Assembly: GCA_951406725.2 (NCBI GenBank) | Contig: OX597818.1 | Coordinates: 38,564,001 to 38,628,000, forward strand | Length of the DNA stretch: 64,000 bases | Source of the DNA: Octopus vulgaris | Taxonomy: Eukaryota | Direction of reading: 5' to 3' | Shown here: piece after piece, positions 36,496 to 51,358 of the stretch | How positions within the stretch are numbered: the first letter of the stretch is position 1 | Layout of the letters: each line of letters begins with the position of its first letter | The notes under the pieces: generated by a model | What the model saw: the letters and a program-made list of their open reading frames with translations, nothing else | Told to the model about the DNA's origin: nothing | The model's database searches: none | Translations under genes and position numbers: made by a program

Positions 36496-36697
36496 CTGTC
36501 TACTTTTGAAGATCTTTTCCTGTTTTCTTGATTAATATTATTGGAAAATGTTATATCTTTAACTGCTGTGTTCTCTCTTATAGGTGGCAGAGTTGTTATT
36601 TGGTGATGCTCTCTGCCATTCACATTTTGAACATTAACACTGTTATTTGTTTGGCTAAGAACAGCTGCTTTTATCAAGTTGCTCACCAAATTTTTTT
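36496..36697 (-). CDS. TBATA: TBATA/SPATIAL-family gene, coding exon 5
   Basis: E|KNLVSNLIKAAV continues the motif (EKDLxxxLLxxAV). Acceptor tcttccag, donor AG|GTAAC, phase 1-2. Confidence 0.8.
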
Positions 36698-37022
36698 CTG
36701 GAAGATAAAATTTAATTAAACAATTGATTTAATATGGTTAATATCAAGTAATACAGAAGCAGTCCCAGTCAAAAGAACCCAACAATTGCTTTATATCTAT
36801 TGTAAGACAATGCATAATGTCCATAAGAAAGACAGATTTTTATATATTAGTTTGCATAACCATAACTGAATCCAGCACAATATCCCACAAATCTTTTATT
36901 TCGATTTTACATTCATATTTGTATTCCAAAGTATGACTTCATAATACAAATATCCTTGTGTTAATTATTAGTGACATCTGTGGTTGCTTGAGGTAAAAAT
37001 AAATCCAGGGCACTGATTATTA

Positions 37023-37187
37023 GGCACAGGAGTGGCTGTGTGGTTAGTACCTTGCTTACCAACCACATGGTTCCGGGTTCAGTCCCACTGCTTGGCACCT
37101 TGGGCAAGTGTCTTCTACTATAGCCTCGGTCCAACCAAAGCCTTGTGAGTGGATTTGGTAGACGGAAGCTGAAAGAAGCCCGTCGTA

Positions 37188-37276
<89 letters not shown>

Positions 37277-37480
37277 TTGTGTATCTGTTTTTGTCTCCAC
37301 AACATCGCTTGACAACCGATGCTGGTGTGTTTACATCCCCGTAACTTAGCGGTTCGGCAAAAGAGACCGATAGAATAAGTACTAGGCTTACAAAGAATAA
37401 GTCCTGGATTCAATTTGCTCGACTAAAGGCGGTGCTCCAGCATGGCCACAGTCAAATGACTGAAACGAGTAAAAGAGTAA
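37023..37480 (+). mobile_element. SINE family A, full length
   Basis: Near-identical to 22927-23346. Confidence 0.85.
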
Positions 37481-37936
37481 ATCATAAAACAAAACAGAAC
37501 CTGATTAGATTTACCAACTTTCTACAAGTAAAGTGTCGTATGTTATTTCATGGTACTTAGGGGAAATGAATTACCTTTGAGTTAGCATATTTGTAGGTGT
37601 ATAAGATGCACTTTTTGTTATTTTTAAATGTATAAAAAAATTGTCTGCTGTGTAATGTGGTTGTATTACATATAGGAGACCAAGTGTTGTACTCTAGAGA
37701 GCTGGATAAGCATAATTTTGTTCAGTACAATAATTGTTACAAACAATAAAATATTGAAAATGAGCCAAAATATTATAGTCTACGAATATAGACTTACAAA
37801 ATGTTGCTATGGTACATTGATAGTTATGTGCTCAAGTGACATCATCTCGTTATACCTACCCCAGGATATATAACCCACTCCTGATATAAGTCTTACATCA
37901 TTTGATTAATTATTTTTTTTTTTGTTTGTTTTATTG

Positions 37937-38134
37937 TTTTACTTGTTTCAGTCATTTGACTGCGGCCATGCTGGAGCACCGCCTTTAGTCAAGCAAATCG
38001 ACCCCGGGACTTATTCTTTGTAAGCCCAGTACTTATTCTATCGGTCTCTTTTGCCGAACCGCTAAGTGACGGGGACATAAACACACCAGGATCAGTTGTC
38101 AAGCAATGCTAGGGGGACAAACACAGACACACAA

Positions 38135-38175
<41 letters not shown>

Positions 38176-38346
38176 CATATATACGACAGGCTTCTTTCAG
38201 TTTCCGTCTACCAAATCCACTCACAAGGCATTGGTTGGCCCGGGGCTAAAGCAGAAGACACTTGCCCAAGATGCCACGCAGTGGGACTGAACCCGGAACC
38301 ATGTGGTTGGTTAGCAAGCTGCTTACCACACAGCCACTCCTACGCC
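37937..38346 (-). mobile_element. SINE family A, full length
   Basis: Inverted copy relative to the copies at 37023 and 38749. Confidence 0.85.
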
Positions 38347-38748
38347 TATATTTATTGCATCAACTTTAAGAAACTTTTTTTAATTATCTAAATGGAAATT
38401 CTCATAGAAAGATGAAAGCAATGTTTAATTTTCATCTGTCTGTAATGAGTAAATGACAACAAAATCATAGCAGTGGTGTAGCACTCTAGTGGTCAATTGC
38501 AGTCACACAGAACACCATAGTCAAAAATACAAGTTTTATATCTTGTATGGCAATTCTGTTGACCAAACTATAAGCAAATATATGATTGAAATGAAAGATA
38601 AGTTGAAATATAGTGCTAGTATAATGTAGTTTGTGAAAGTGCAGCAAAACATGACAGAGCTTGTCTATAAAGTAAATAATTTTCCTTTTGGATTCAGTAC
38701 AGAATATAGGAGAATATACTGGGATCATCCAGTATATATATATATATA

Positions 38749-38913
38749 GGCGCAGGAGTGGCTGTGTGATAAGTAGCTTGTTTACCAACCACATGGTACC
38801 GGGTTCAGTCCCACTGCAAGGCACCTTGGGCAAGTGTCTTCTACTATGGCCTCGGGCCGACCAAAGCCTTGTGAGTGGATTTGGTAGACGGAAACTGAAA
38901 GAAGCCCGTCGTA

Positions 38914-38978
<65 letters not shown>

Positions 38979-39055
38979 TTCGAGACAAAACCACTATTTT
39001 GCAAAACAAACAAGGATTTTTCCCTGTAAATTTGGATTTATTCCCTAATATTTAT

Positions 39056-39116
<61 letters not shown>

Positions 39117-39329
39117 TGTGTGTGTTCATGTGTCTGTGTTTGTCCCCCTAGCATTGCTTGACAATCGATGCTGGTGTGTTTATGTCCCTGTTACTTAGCG
39201 GTTCGGCAAAAGAGACCGATAGAATAAGTACTGGGCTTACAAAAGAATAAGTCCCGGGGTTGAGTTGCACGATTAAAGGCGGTGCTCCAGCATGGCCGCA
39301 GTCAAATGACTGAAACAAGTAAAAGAGTA
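38749..39329 (+). mobile_element. SINE family A with a ~90-bp insert in its internal (TA)n
   Basis: Family consensus with unrelated sequence at 38971-39060 inside the TA tract. Confidence 0.85.
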
Positions 39330-39684
39330 TATATATATATATTATCTGAAATGTACAGTATTATATATATAACAGTGTAAATGTTTAAAATGTGAATGGC
39401 AGAGCTGCCAAAAGTTAGCGAGAACATCATGCAAAGATGGCTGCAACTACCTGGTCTCTGTGTGTGCCACCCTGAACTGCAGGCATCTAAATTAGTTTTG
39501 TGGAACCCACTTCATAGTGATGTAAGAAGAGGAAAGCATCATCCCACATCAACCTGATTGCAAACACTGGCCTGGAATGTATTCAGGACCTTGAGGCAGT
39601 GATGTTGGAGCAAGATGTGTGGCAGGTGGACTTTGTTGCCATGGCTCAAGTTGGAACCTGACCTTCTGCTGAATGCTCCTGCTG

Positions 39685-40021
39685 AGACCCCCTTCGGTCA
39701 TGACTGACCATGGGATTGCACCTAGAAAGTTACCCTCCCAGGTACAAGTCCGGGCAAGGTTGTTTATGGAGGACCAGCAGTCGCCCATGCATACTGGCCT
39801 CCCTGCTCCACGCAACCAGTGTCATCCAAGGGAAAGGTAAAGGGGTTGATACAGTTTGGTACCTTTGACGTCGCAACTCATTTCTACAGCTGAGTGAACT
39901 GGAGCAACTTGAAATAAAGTGTCTTGCTCAAGAACACAACACGCAGCCCGGTCCAGGATTCGAACTCACAACCTCACGATCATAAGCTCGATGCTCAAAC
40001 CACTGAGCCATGTGCCTTCAC
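39685..40021 (-). mobile_element. SINE family B copy
   Basis: Reverse complement of 21900-22235. Confidence 0.8.
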
Positions 40022-40621
40022 CTGACCATAAGAATAATAAATAAGGTGTATAGCTTAGTGGTTAGGGTATTCAGCTCATGATCATAAGGCCATCAGTATT
40101 ATTTCCAGTGGTGCGTTGTGCCCTAGAGCAAGACACTCCATTTCATGTTGCTCCAGTCCACTCAGCTGGCAAAAATGAGGTGTACCTGTGATTCAAAGGA
40201 CCAGCCTTGACACATTCTGTGTCACACTGAATCTCCCTCAGAACAATGTTAAGGGTACACATATGCAGGGAGGGCTCAGCAACTTGCACATTAATTTCAC
40301 AAGCAAGCTGTTCTTTTGATCAGATCAACCAGAATACTGATTCTTGTAACTGATGGAATGCCAGAAAAATAAAGTTTAAATATGAGAAGTTTATGGTATC
40401 ATACTTATTCCTATATACTGTCACAGCATTGCATTTACATGCACAGAATCATACATTTTCCCTGACAAAACTATTCTAAAATATCTTTCAATAAGTATAT
40501 GATGAAACATGCTAAATTTGTTTTTTCCACAAAGTATACTTGTAAAACAGAAGTGTGTCTTATGTGAGAATGCATCTTATACACTGACAAATACTGCATT
40601 TATTTATTTAATTTATTTTAT

Positions 40622-41002
40622 ATTGCCTTACTGGCACTTGTGCTGGTTCCACATGAAAAAACATTCAAGCGAGGTCGTTGCCAGTGATGCTGGACTGGTT
40701 CCTGTGCAGGTGGCATGTAAAAAACATCATTTGAGCATGGCCATTGCCAATACTGCCTGGTTGGCCCTTGTGCCGGTGGCATGTAAAAGCACCCACTACA
40801 CTCTCGGAGTGGTTGGCATTAGGGAGGGCATCCAGCTGTAGAAACTCTGCCAGATCAGATTGGAGCCTGGTGCAGCCATCTGGTTCGCCAGACCTCAGTC
40901 AAATCGTCCAACTCATGCTAGCATGGAAAGCGGACGTTAAAAGATGTTGATGATGCTGATGATGATGATGCTGATGATGATGATGCTGATGATGATGATG
41001 AT
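40622..41002 (+). mobile_element. RTE-type LINE 3' UTR copy
   Basis: Same family with a long (GAT/GCT)n tail. Shorter copies at 41380-41574, 44147-44272, 45238-45420, 47093-47720 and 15670-15905. Confidence 0.8.
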
Positions 41003-41231
41003 TGCCCTCTAGAAAGGCAATAATTCTGAATAGAAACTGTCTTGGACTGTGTCAGCATGTCCAATCCATGATAGCATGGATGTAAAATAATAATAATGTT
41101 GATGATGATAATGTACATGTGTGATCATGTGTATGCATATGTATATGCATGCATATATACATATATATGAATAATTTACAGTCTAGAATAGCATAGCTTT
41201 ATAGCTTGAAAAATAGAGTTAATCTTTATAC

Positions 41232-41313
41232 CTCTATCACTGGCACATATTAACCATCCTTGAATAGCATCCATATCACTGGTCTGAAGAATCTGACATA
41301 ATATAGATAATAC
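41232..41313 (-). CDS. TBATA: TBATA/SPATIAL-family gene, coding exon 4
   Basis: Not in the ORF track. Encodes VLSILCQILQTSDMDAIQGWLICASDR (family motif LCQILxTDxxxAIQxWL). Acceptor tttctctttaatcag, donor G|GTATAA, phase 0-1. Confidence 0.88.
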
Positions 41314-42357
41314 CTGATTAAAGAGAAAAAAAGAAGCATGTTAATATTTAGAAGCATGTTAATATTTAGATTTAATTGAGTGCGGGTGGCACGTAAAAAG
41401 CACCCACTACACTCACGGAGTGGTTGGCGTTAGGAAGGGCATCCAGCCGTAGAAACACTGCCAGATTTGACTGGGCCTGACGAAGCCTTCTGGCTTCACA
41501 GACCCCAGTAGAACCGTCCAACCCATGCTAGCATGGAAAACGGACGCTAAACGACGATGATGATGATGATGATGAGCAATGGAGGTGATGGCAAATAAAA
41601 TTGACTGTCACATCACCATATTCTATTTTCTTAATTTTCATGAGTTCAGAGACAGATAAGGCTGCAGCCTTTACCTTGTTTCTAAGTGTATGAATGACAA
41701 AGATTACAACACTCTCCCACCACCCTGAATGAGATGACATTCTGTCACAGACATTACCATATTATTTCTTCTTTATTAAAACAGCCTATGTTTAAGCAAA
41801 AGAAGTTAATAGTTTGAGGTTCTAAGGCCAAGAAAATTCATAATAGTTGTAAACTACTTTATATTATATAAAGCTTGAAGTTCTTGAATATCATTCTTCC
41901 CACTGTGTATTAGCAGAATAAATATTGCATTCAAATTTTGGCACAAGGCCAGCAATTTTGAGGGGAGGAGGCAATTTGATTACTTTCAGCCTAAAATGCT
42001 CAACTGGGACTTATTTCAGCACTCTCTAAGGGATAAAAAGCAAAGTCAACCTTGGTGGAATTTGAACACAGAACATAATAATGGATGAAATGCCACTAAC
42101 ATTGTGCTAATAATTCTGCCAGCCTGCTATCTTTTTTTCAGAATAACTATCAATAATATTTTGAAGCAACTTTGATCTCTTTATTATCTATTCTATCAAA
42201 TTTTAGTCTTCTACCTAACTGAAAGAAAATGACTGTGGAGGAGCAGATGATGTCACTTCCTGAAATTTTTATATTCTGAGATTGATAATACAGGATTCAA
42301 TCAATAAAATCCATTTTTATAAATTAAAAAAAATTAAATCCCCATCTAAGAGCTAGA

Positions 42358-42526
<169 letters not shown>

Positions 42527-42628
42527 CAGTTGTACTGTAGAGTGTTGTGCTGAGATACACAACTTCGTAGTCTGTGTTTAAATCCTACTGAGGTTTTCTT
42601 GACCTTTTTGTTTTAATTCCTGAATTAA

Positions 42629-42848
42629 CCCTTTCATTACCAACCCGGCTGAAACTGGCTCTGGCTCTGAGTACAAATGTCTTGTTTTCATAAGTTTTGA
42701 ATTAAAATCTTCCACCAAACCTTAGTCACAATTTATGTTCCTAACACTAGCCGAATGATAACTAAGTTATTTTACTAAATTCTTTGTTATATTTAAAGTA
42801 ACTGAAAGAAATACAGAGCATCTCAAAATAAATACAGTAACGAAAGGG
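42629..42848. mobile_element. piggyBac-type MITE
   Basis: TTAA|CCCTTTC...GAAAGGG|TTAA, an inverted copy of the 20083 element. Confidence 0.85.
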
Positions 42849-43713
42849 TTAATTAGATAACAGGTTGGTTGTATCAGCAATGCTTCTCTCTATAATCATG
42901 AAACCTTGTGCCAAAGTTAGAATGTTACATAAACCTTTAAAAGTGGATGCTTTTAGATGCCTGTCTAGTGACTAAATGGACAAATGTGGACCAAAAATAA
43001 AATTCTCTGATACTCCAATTTGAATGACTGGAAACAGATTCTATTTAGTCTTTCTCTTTATCCTTGGTCTCTTAAGTCTCAGAAAGATGATTCTGCAATT
43101 TCTTGATGAACACCCTTCACAAATGATTTGTTTATAATGACAAAATGTCTCTACTGTATATGGACTCACTTCTCCATCAAATCAATATTGTCTGTACAGG
43201 TGTATGGTGTGCCACACATGAGATACAAAACTGATTGTAAAGCAGGAAAGAAGTATTCAGTCATTGCCCTCATCTAAAATGTTTCCAGCTTCAAACTTGG
43301 AATTCCCCATTCATTGAACAGTCCCACCACAGTGCCTTCAAATATCACTCACAGCCTGGACAATTATTTTTTGTTTACAAAACCAACTGACTGTTGTGTA
43401 TTTCTTTCTCATGTAGAAAAGTTACCTTCAGCCATTTGAGTTTGATGAGTTGCCTATACAGCTAAGTGCTTTATAGGTGTGAAACCAATGGTCACTCTAT
43501 GACTGGCCATAACTTTTAACTTCATATGCTCGAAATGAGGAGTAGAAGGACAGCCAACAACTGATGAAGGGTCGTTCTTTATGTTACTTGTCCTGTTTTT
43601 CATTTGTTTCTCTCATTGTTTGCATATCAACTCATTTGCTTTCGTATTTCATGTTGTTTATGGTTTGCAATGTCCTGTACCCATATATGGATATATATAT
43701 ATATATTTATGTA

Positions 43714-43753
<40 letters not shown>

Positions 43754-44070
43754 AATAAATGTTTTTATATATAAAGAACGTGAAATACAGGAAGGGACGA
43801 ACACGGAACACAGACAAATCATTCGAAGCCTTCAATCTTCAGTCAGACACCGAATCATCATAGCAAATTTCGGCTGTTCAATTCTGATATTTGCTCCAAC
43901 TAGCCCCAAGAAAAAACTAAGCTGTAAGCATTAGATTTCTTGGTAGAAGACAAGAATGTAAACGCAAGAGACGGATGTAAATACAAGAGACGAAAACGAA
44001 ATTGAAAACAGTAATGGATAAACAAAATATAACGGTGGTTGTCTTACGACTTTAGACCAAATGAGACAAA

Positions 44071-44147
<77 letters not shown>

Positions 44148-44341
44148 TGGAGGTACGTAAAAAGCACCCACTACACTCACTGGAGCCTGGTGCAGCCTCC
44201 TAGCTTCCCAGACCCTGGTTGAACTGTCCAACCCATGCTAGCATGGAAAACGGACGTTAAATGATGATGATGATATATATATGCAAAAATGCTAGTTCTA
44301 AAATCTCCTTAAGAGTCCAACGCAGTAGTTGTACTGACAAG

Positions 44342-45034
<693 letters not shown>

Positions 45035-46404
45035 ATATGTATATATATATATATATTTATATAACATATCTCAACCGGTAAAAAGAACTTTGACCTAATT
45101 AAATCCAGCTTAAAACACTTCAATTATTTGTCAGCATTTTCTTCATTTCCTTTTTTATATATCACCACTCGTGTTCGAACATCTCCTTTTTTTAAATATA
45201 TATATATATATATATATACGACGATGATGATATATATCATCATTATCATCATCGTTTAACATCCGTTTTCCATGCTAGCATGGGTTGGCTGGTTCGACCA
45301 GGGTCTGGGAAGCCTAGAGGCTGCACCAAGCACCAGTCTGATCTGGCAGTGTTTCTACAGCTGGATGCCCTTCCCAATGCCAACCACTCCGTGAGTGTAG
45401 TGGGTGCTTCTTATGTGCCATATATATATGTATAAAAAAATAAAGCGATGTCACCATAAAAACCAAATGCTATGTAATGAACTTCATTAGCTTATAGCTA
45501 TTTCTGCTATAAGATATCACAGACTCTTAGTTGAGTACCTGAATAACTTCTTATATCTTCATCAGAGCCTTGAATATGAAGTGCACGTTATTTGGGAAAT
45601 TTACATCTTCAGAACACACAGGTGTTATGAGTGAGAAAGTTTATATTGGTGGCTATGGAAAGTTCTATCTCAAGGTAGAATGGGTTGCGTGGTGAGTTTT
45701 TGTAGGAGTTAAATCCATAGTGATCAACATCGTTGTTGTTGTTGTTGTTATTCTTGTTGTTGTTGAAGTTGTAAGCTCTCTGTTTGAGTCTTGTAATAAG
45801 TCATTGGAACAGTGCTGTAGAATTGCAAGGTAAGCCTTCCTTAGTGGTATGGGTATGTTCTTAACCAACATTCTGAAAGACAATGCTAGTTCTGATGTGA
45901 TTTGAGCTTAGAACAAAGGAGATGAAGCTTAATATTAAAAGTCATCAAGTCTGACATTCTACATTTCTGTCAAATCCCAGCTCTAATATCAGCAAGGGAG
46001 ACTCTGTGTGGTCACTCAATCTGCTAGAAATGGTAGTGAAATTTCCTTCAACTGATACCCTACCATTGCCTAGATTAAAACCTCAACCAGGTCCATGAGT
46101 ATCTTTAGTGGAGTACATTTTGTTGTAAAGATTCAAAGCCAGATCTCTCCTATCAGTCATAGAGGCACTGGAAAGGGACCTGGACATGACCCCTTCCCAC
46201 TTTGACTAAATCATAAAAAAGAAATGTAGCCTTTGATATACAGTGTCCAAGAGAAGAATAAAGAGTTCAAAACTGGAATGTCTTTCATCATATATCTGCT
46301 CAGTTAAAGCTGACCAGTGACTAACAACAACTTCTAGACCTATCAAATTATAAGAATATTTACAGAAATAATGTATTCTACATGTTCAAAGATAGGCAAC
46401 TCAC

Positions 46405-46676
46405 AATGTTTTCTAATTCTTGTTGGTCAACTATACCTAGTGCTGGATTGGCGAATAATTCTCTTTGTCCAGTATGCATCCGATGTTTTGAGATTGCTCT
46501 AGATGGAGGTGGAATTAAACGACCGGTTTCTGAAGAATACATACAACCACTTGAATGAGATTTTCTGTTCTTTGCTTTGTTAGGAAGGTGACTTTTTACA
46601 TTTGTATTCTGCATTGAAAGTCCTAACTGGTTTGTAAAGTTGTGAAATTCATCGTTCCAATCCTCCATTAAGGCTA
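46405..46676 (-). CDS. TBATA: TBATA/SPATIAL-family gene, coding exon 3
   Basis: Contains YSSETGRLIPPPSRA (family motif YSxETGRLIP). Phase-1 acceptor (CAGTAG, a NAGNAG), phase-0 donor ATT|GTGAGT. Confidence 0.85.
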
Positions 46677-47921
46677 CTGTAAATGAAATGAATTTTTAAA
46701 ATATAGTAACATGCACAACATATTTTGAAATATTAGATACAAGATGAGATAGGTGTGGTTGATGCTTGAGCATTTGTTAACTGATGTATGTAGAGGGTTG
46801 AAGCTCATAGAGGATGAACAAAATATTTAGCATCTTGGAGAGATGAGAGTAAAACAGCATGGATTACAAAGTGTAGGTAGATGGTATGATGGGTGTATAG
46901 CTAACTAGTTCAGAGGGTTTGTAGCTCCCATAGAAGGGACACAGGGATGAAGCAGCATACATATGAAACAGCAACAAATTGCTGAGAGAGTTCTAGCAAA
47001 TTTGCTAATATCCTTCATGTACTTTAGGATGTGATCTAGGATATTTATGAGTACAGCAGCAGGACTCCCTTAGATAAATAAGCAGTAATTCAATCATCAT
47101 CATCATTTAACATCCACTTTCCATGCTGGCATGGGTTGGACGGTTCAACTGGGGTCTGGGAAGCCAGAAGGCTGCACCAGGCCCAGTCTGATCTGGCAGT
47201 GTTTCTACAGCATGAGGCCCTTCCTAACACCAACCACTCCATGAGTGTAGTGGGTGCTTTTTACGTGCCAGATGAGGCTGGCAGATGGCCACGATTGGAT
47301 GGTGCTTTTTACGTGCCACCGGCACGGAGGCCAGTCAGGCGGCGCTGGCTACGGCCACCAGGGCTATATTTCCAAGCCTTAGACTTTGAGATACAGTTTT
47401 GGTTACATAATACATATTGTTGACCCTGCCAGTGCTGGTGCCACATAAAAAGTATCCAGTCCTTACTGTAAAGTAGTTGGCATTTGGAAGGGCATCCAGC
47501 AGTAAAAAACCATGCCAAAACTGATCTTGCCTGTGCTGGTGCTATGTAAAAGACACTCAGTTCACTCTGTAGGGTGGTTTATTTTGGGAAGGGCATCCAG
47601 CTGTAAAAACCATGCCAAAACAGACACTGAAGCCTGGTGTAGTCTTCTGTCTAGCCAGCTCCTGTCAAATTGTCTAACCCATGCCAGCATGGAAAATGGA
47701 CATTAAATGATAATGGTGATAAGTTATCATAAGAAATCATCAGACTCTGTTAGACATAACATTTGTTGAAATGTGAAATTTTATATAGTTCATGTGTTGG
47801 GGTAATGTGGTACTCCAAGACAACTTTCTTAAAATGTGTAGTGATTGTGCCTTGGTACTCTCATAGAAGGTTAGTAATGTCAAACCTCCACTGGAGAATA
47901 TTTCTATGATCTCTCTTTATA

Positions 47922-48783
47922 CAGGGTGTCCCAAAAGTCACTGATGGGTTTCAATTTTTAATAGCTTCCTTAACTTTACAAATGTATGAAATTTTGATAC
48001 AATATAAAAGGACATAATGGAAATTACTATGCACAAGTCAAATTTTGCAACACCACTATATCACATGAAAAATAACGTCGCTTTATAAAACCATTTTCGG
48101 CTTAATACGCCTGTGCTCTTTCCAAAACTTGCACTATAACAGCCTCAAGATTTTCAGACCCCATTTCTCTGATTTCTTTACTGATGTTCTCCTTCAGTTG
48201 CATGAGAGTCTCTGGTTTGTTGACGTAATTCCTCTCTTTCAGGTATCCATGAATGAGATCTTTTTGCACATAGCCATTTAAAGTAGACCTCACACATTGT
48301 TCCAGCAAAATGGGACAACTGCTCATACTGCAAGAGAAACAATGCAGTTGCTATGGCAGTGCTTTGGAGAGAGAATAATCTCCTGCTATGGTAATGTCAA
48401 TTGGCCTTCACATTCCCCAGACTTGATTAGCCCGGAATTTTTTCTTGTGAGGATACCTGAAACAGAGGGTTTACATCAACAAACCGGAGACCCTGGTGCA
48501 ACTGAAGGAGAACGTCAATAGAGAAATCAAAGAGGTGGGGTCTGAAATTCCTGAGGGTGTTATGATACAAGTTTTGGAAAGAGCACAGGCATGCAAAGCT
48601 GAAAATGGCTGCCATTTAAGCAATGTCATTTTTCATATGTGACGTAGTGTTGTTGCAAAATTTGACTTGGGCTTACTAATTTCCATTATGTCCTTTATAT
48701 TGTATCAAAATTTCATACATTTATTTGTAAAGTTAAGGAAGCATTAAAAATTGAAACCCATCAGTAACTTTTGGGACACCCTG
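47922..48783. mobile_element. Palindromic Tc1/mariner-superfamily derivative made of two 3' ends
   Basis: Ends CAGGGTGTCCCAAAAGT with TA duplications. ~330-bp inverted arms. FQQNG..AH and WPSHSPDL motifs. Confidence 0.9.
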
Positions 48784-49305
48784 TAGTTTCAGAGCAGACC
48801 TGGTGAGAGATGTCTAGGTTGTGTATAGACTGTTAAGAAATAGTGAAGAGCAGTTTATCATCTACATAAAGTGTAAATTGTTACAAAAGATATCAAGCTG
48901 GTCTTTAATGTAAGAGTGTGAAAGACATAAATAAATTTCAGGGTACAGCAGAGGTTTTATTTATGTCATTAAGTCATGATTTTATGGGCAATAAAGTCAT
49001 TAATTATAGGTATTCACAACTGAGAATGATAAAGGAGTGTCTATGCAGCTCATGCAGAGTAAAAACATCAAGGCATTATTTGAATGCATTGGTTCATCAG
49101 TTTTCACAGTGATTTGTGCCTCATTTGTTAATATATATTAGTGAAAGATACATGTGTACACAAAATGTATATATGCATACACACATACACATTCACATAA
49201 TCTTTTTATTTTTGGAACAGTGGATCTTGAAGTACATAAAGCTATAAATGATAGCATGTAAATATTGAGTTGGAAAACTGTTTTGGATAAAAAAAATAGA
49301 ATTAC

Positions 49306-49379
49306 TGGTTCCCTGGGGGACTTGAACCCACACCTCTTGTAGATTCGACAGGCATTCTACTATTGCACCAAAGCAATCC
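49306..49379 (-). pseudogene. Degenerate tRNA-like sequence
   Basis: A-box-like TGGTGCAATAGTAG and B-box GGTTCAAGTCC. Cloverleaf arms are partly mispaired. A T8 tract follows ~10 nt downstream. Confidence 0.5.
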
Positions 49380-49473
49380 TTTGAATTTCTCTGTCCATTT
49401 TAGAAACTTAATTCTTACCAGCAAGAATTGTATGTTGTTGATATCATGGGAATTTTATAAACCTTTGAGATAA

Positions 49474-49871
49474 TCTTTATATATAAAAGTGAAGTTGTAT
49501 GTCTGTCTCCTACGATTTAGATTCCTAACTACTCCCACATTTTGTGGTGCAGTTTATCCAAAACCGGGTATCTTATAGTCGTGATTCATATCGAGCCCTT
49601 CTGGGTATTAGTGCGCGTCTACAATGAGTCTACGATTTAAAAAAAATTTACCATCATTTTTTTCCATTTTAATGCATTTTTTCGCTATCATATAAGGGAA
49701 GTAACTCTCTAAAAATGTCTACGATGAGTCAACGATTTTAAAAAAAATTTACCATAATTTTTTTTCCATTTTTAATGCATTTTTTTTGCTATTTTTTGGC
49801 TATAACTCTCTAAAAATGCTTATATAGTTATTTCCCTTACAAACCCGAGCAACGCCGGGCGATACTGCTAG
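49474..49871 (+). mobile_element. Non-autonomous Helitron (~400 bp)
   Basis: A|TC...CCCGAGCAACGCCGGG...CTAG|T. Confidence 0.85.
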
Positions 49872-50117
49872 TGTGAAATAAATCTCTTGTTTTTTTTTTT
49901 GAAACAGTGGATCTTGATGCATATAAAGCTATAGATACAACAAGTAAAATACTACTGCATCAGCTGCTATTGTTTACCTCCATTTGTATTACATAACCCT
50001 CGTTTCCATTTAAACTTTGGTGGCAAGGATGTCTTATTATTGTCAACACAATACAGTCTAACATCAAGTACATCCATGCAGATTGAAAAGGCCTTCATAG
50101 GTACTGTGTAAGAGGGA

Positions 50118-50169
<52 letters not shown>

Positions 50170-50502
50170 GTATATATGTATATATATGTATATATATAAG
50201 TTAAATTTGAAACTGAAAATTAAAGTTTAGATAGGAGACATGAAAATGCAGTATCCAACCGTTGTTTTGGGTAAGTCCTAGGTAGTGCACCTGCAGAGCA
50301 CATTCACCACTTATGACTACCAGGTGCCATCCATGTTATTGTGCTTTTTGTTGTTGGATCTAAGTCAGGAATTCCTAGGTGCACATCAGGTATATTTTAA
50401 ATGATTGACACAGAAAACAGAATGTAACTAGAAGCTTTATTTAGCTAAATAAAGCTTTTATTACACTCCATTTTCCATATCAATAATCTAATATATATAT
50501 AT

Positions 50503-50979
50503 ATGACCTTCGAACATTGGGCCTCACAGAGGCAATGACAAAAGACCGAGATCTCTGGAGAGATGCTTTGACTGCAAAGACCCGACAAATAATGTGAGTT
50601 CATGGCTGTTTCCTGCACCAGTCTTGCATAGCCCCAGCCCATCCAAAGTACCTTGGATTGCAAAACGACCTGCTGTGCTTACCTTGGATTGTAGGGCGAC
50701 CTGCTGTGCTTGAGGAGACCTATTGAGTCAAGTACATCAACATCAAAATAAATATCAAATGGAAATTGTAGTTGTGATACCTGTGCTGGTGGCACGTAAA
50801 AAGCACCCACTACACTCACGAAATGGTTGGCATTAGGAAGGGCATCCAGCTGTAGAAACACTGCCAGATCAGACTGGAGCCTAGTGCAGCCTTCTGGCTT
50901 CCCAGACCCCGGTCGAACCGTCCAACCCATGCTAGCATGGAAAACGGATGTTAAACGATGATGATGATGATGATGATGA

Positions 50980-50982
<3 letters not shown>
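50503..50982 (+). mobile_element. RTE-type LINE: ORF C-terminus plus 3' UTR
   Basis: Encodes ...TLGLTEAMTKDRDLWRDAL (RTE C-terminal DRxxWR motif), followed by the shared 3' UTR. Confidence 0.8.
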
Positions 50983-51019
<37 letters not shown>

Positions 51020-51358
51020 CAGTGATGTATGTGGTATTAATAGCTGTTTATCCCCAGGCCAACCCTGATCAAGCAAACCTGTGATGAAAGGTGATTCAGC
51101 TATGACCAGTTTATCTAATCAGCTACCAAAAATGAGTAATAATATGCAAACCACTTCTTTATTATTTATATTAGCTCTCAGTATTAGTCATCTTATAAAC
51201 ATTGTCTCTCAGTTTGATTATATTCATAAAGTGTGATGAGGACAAGTATGTTTGGTAGGGCCCATCTGTCACCAGAATGACTTTAGGACTGCTAAAAAAT
51301 CTCAGTTTCTAATGTAGGCACAAAGCTATAAATTTGAAAGCTGGAAGCAGTTGGTTAA

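Noticed and set aside
45488-45570. Minus-strand CTGATGA...GAAATAGCTATA hammerhead-like motif
   Set aside because: Stem II cannot close next to the core. At best a decayed PLE relic.
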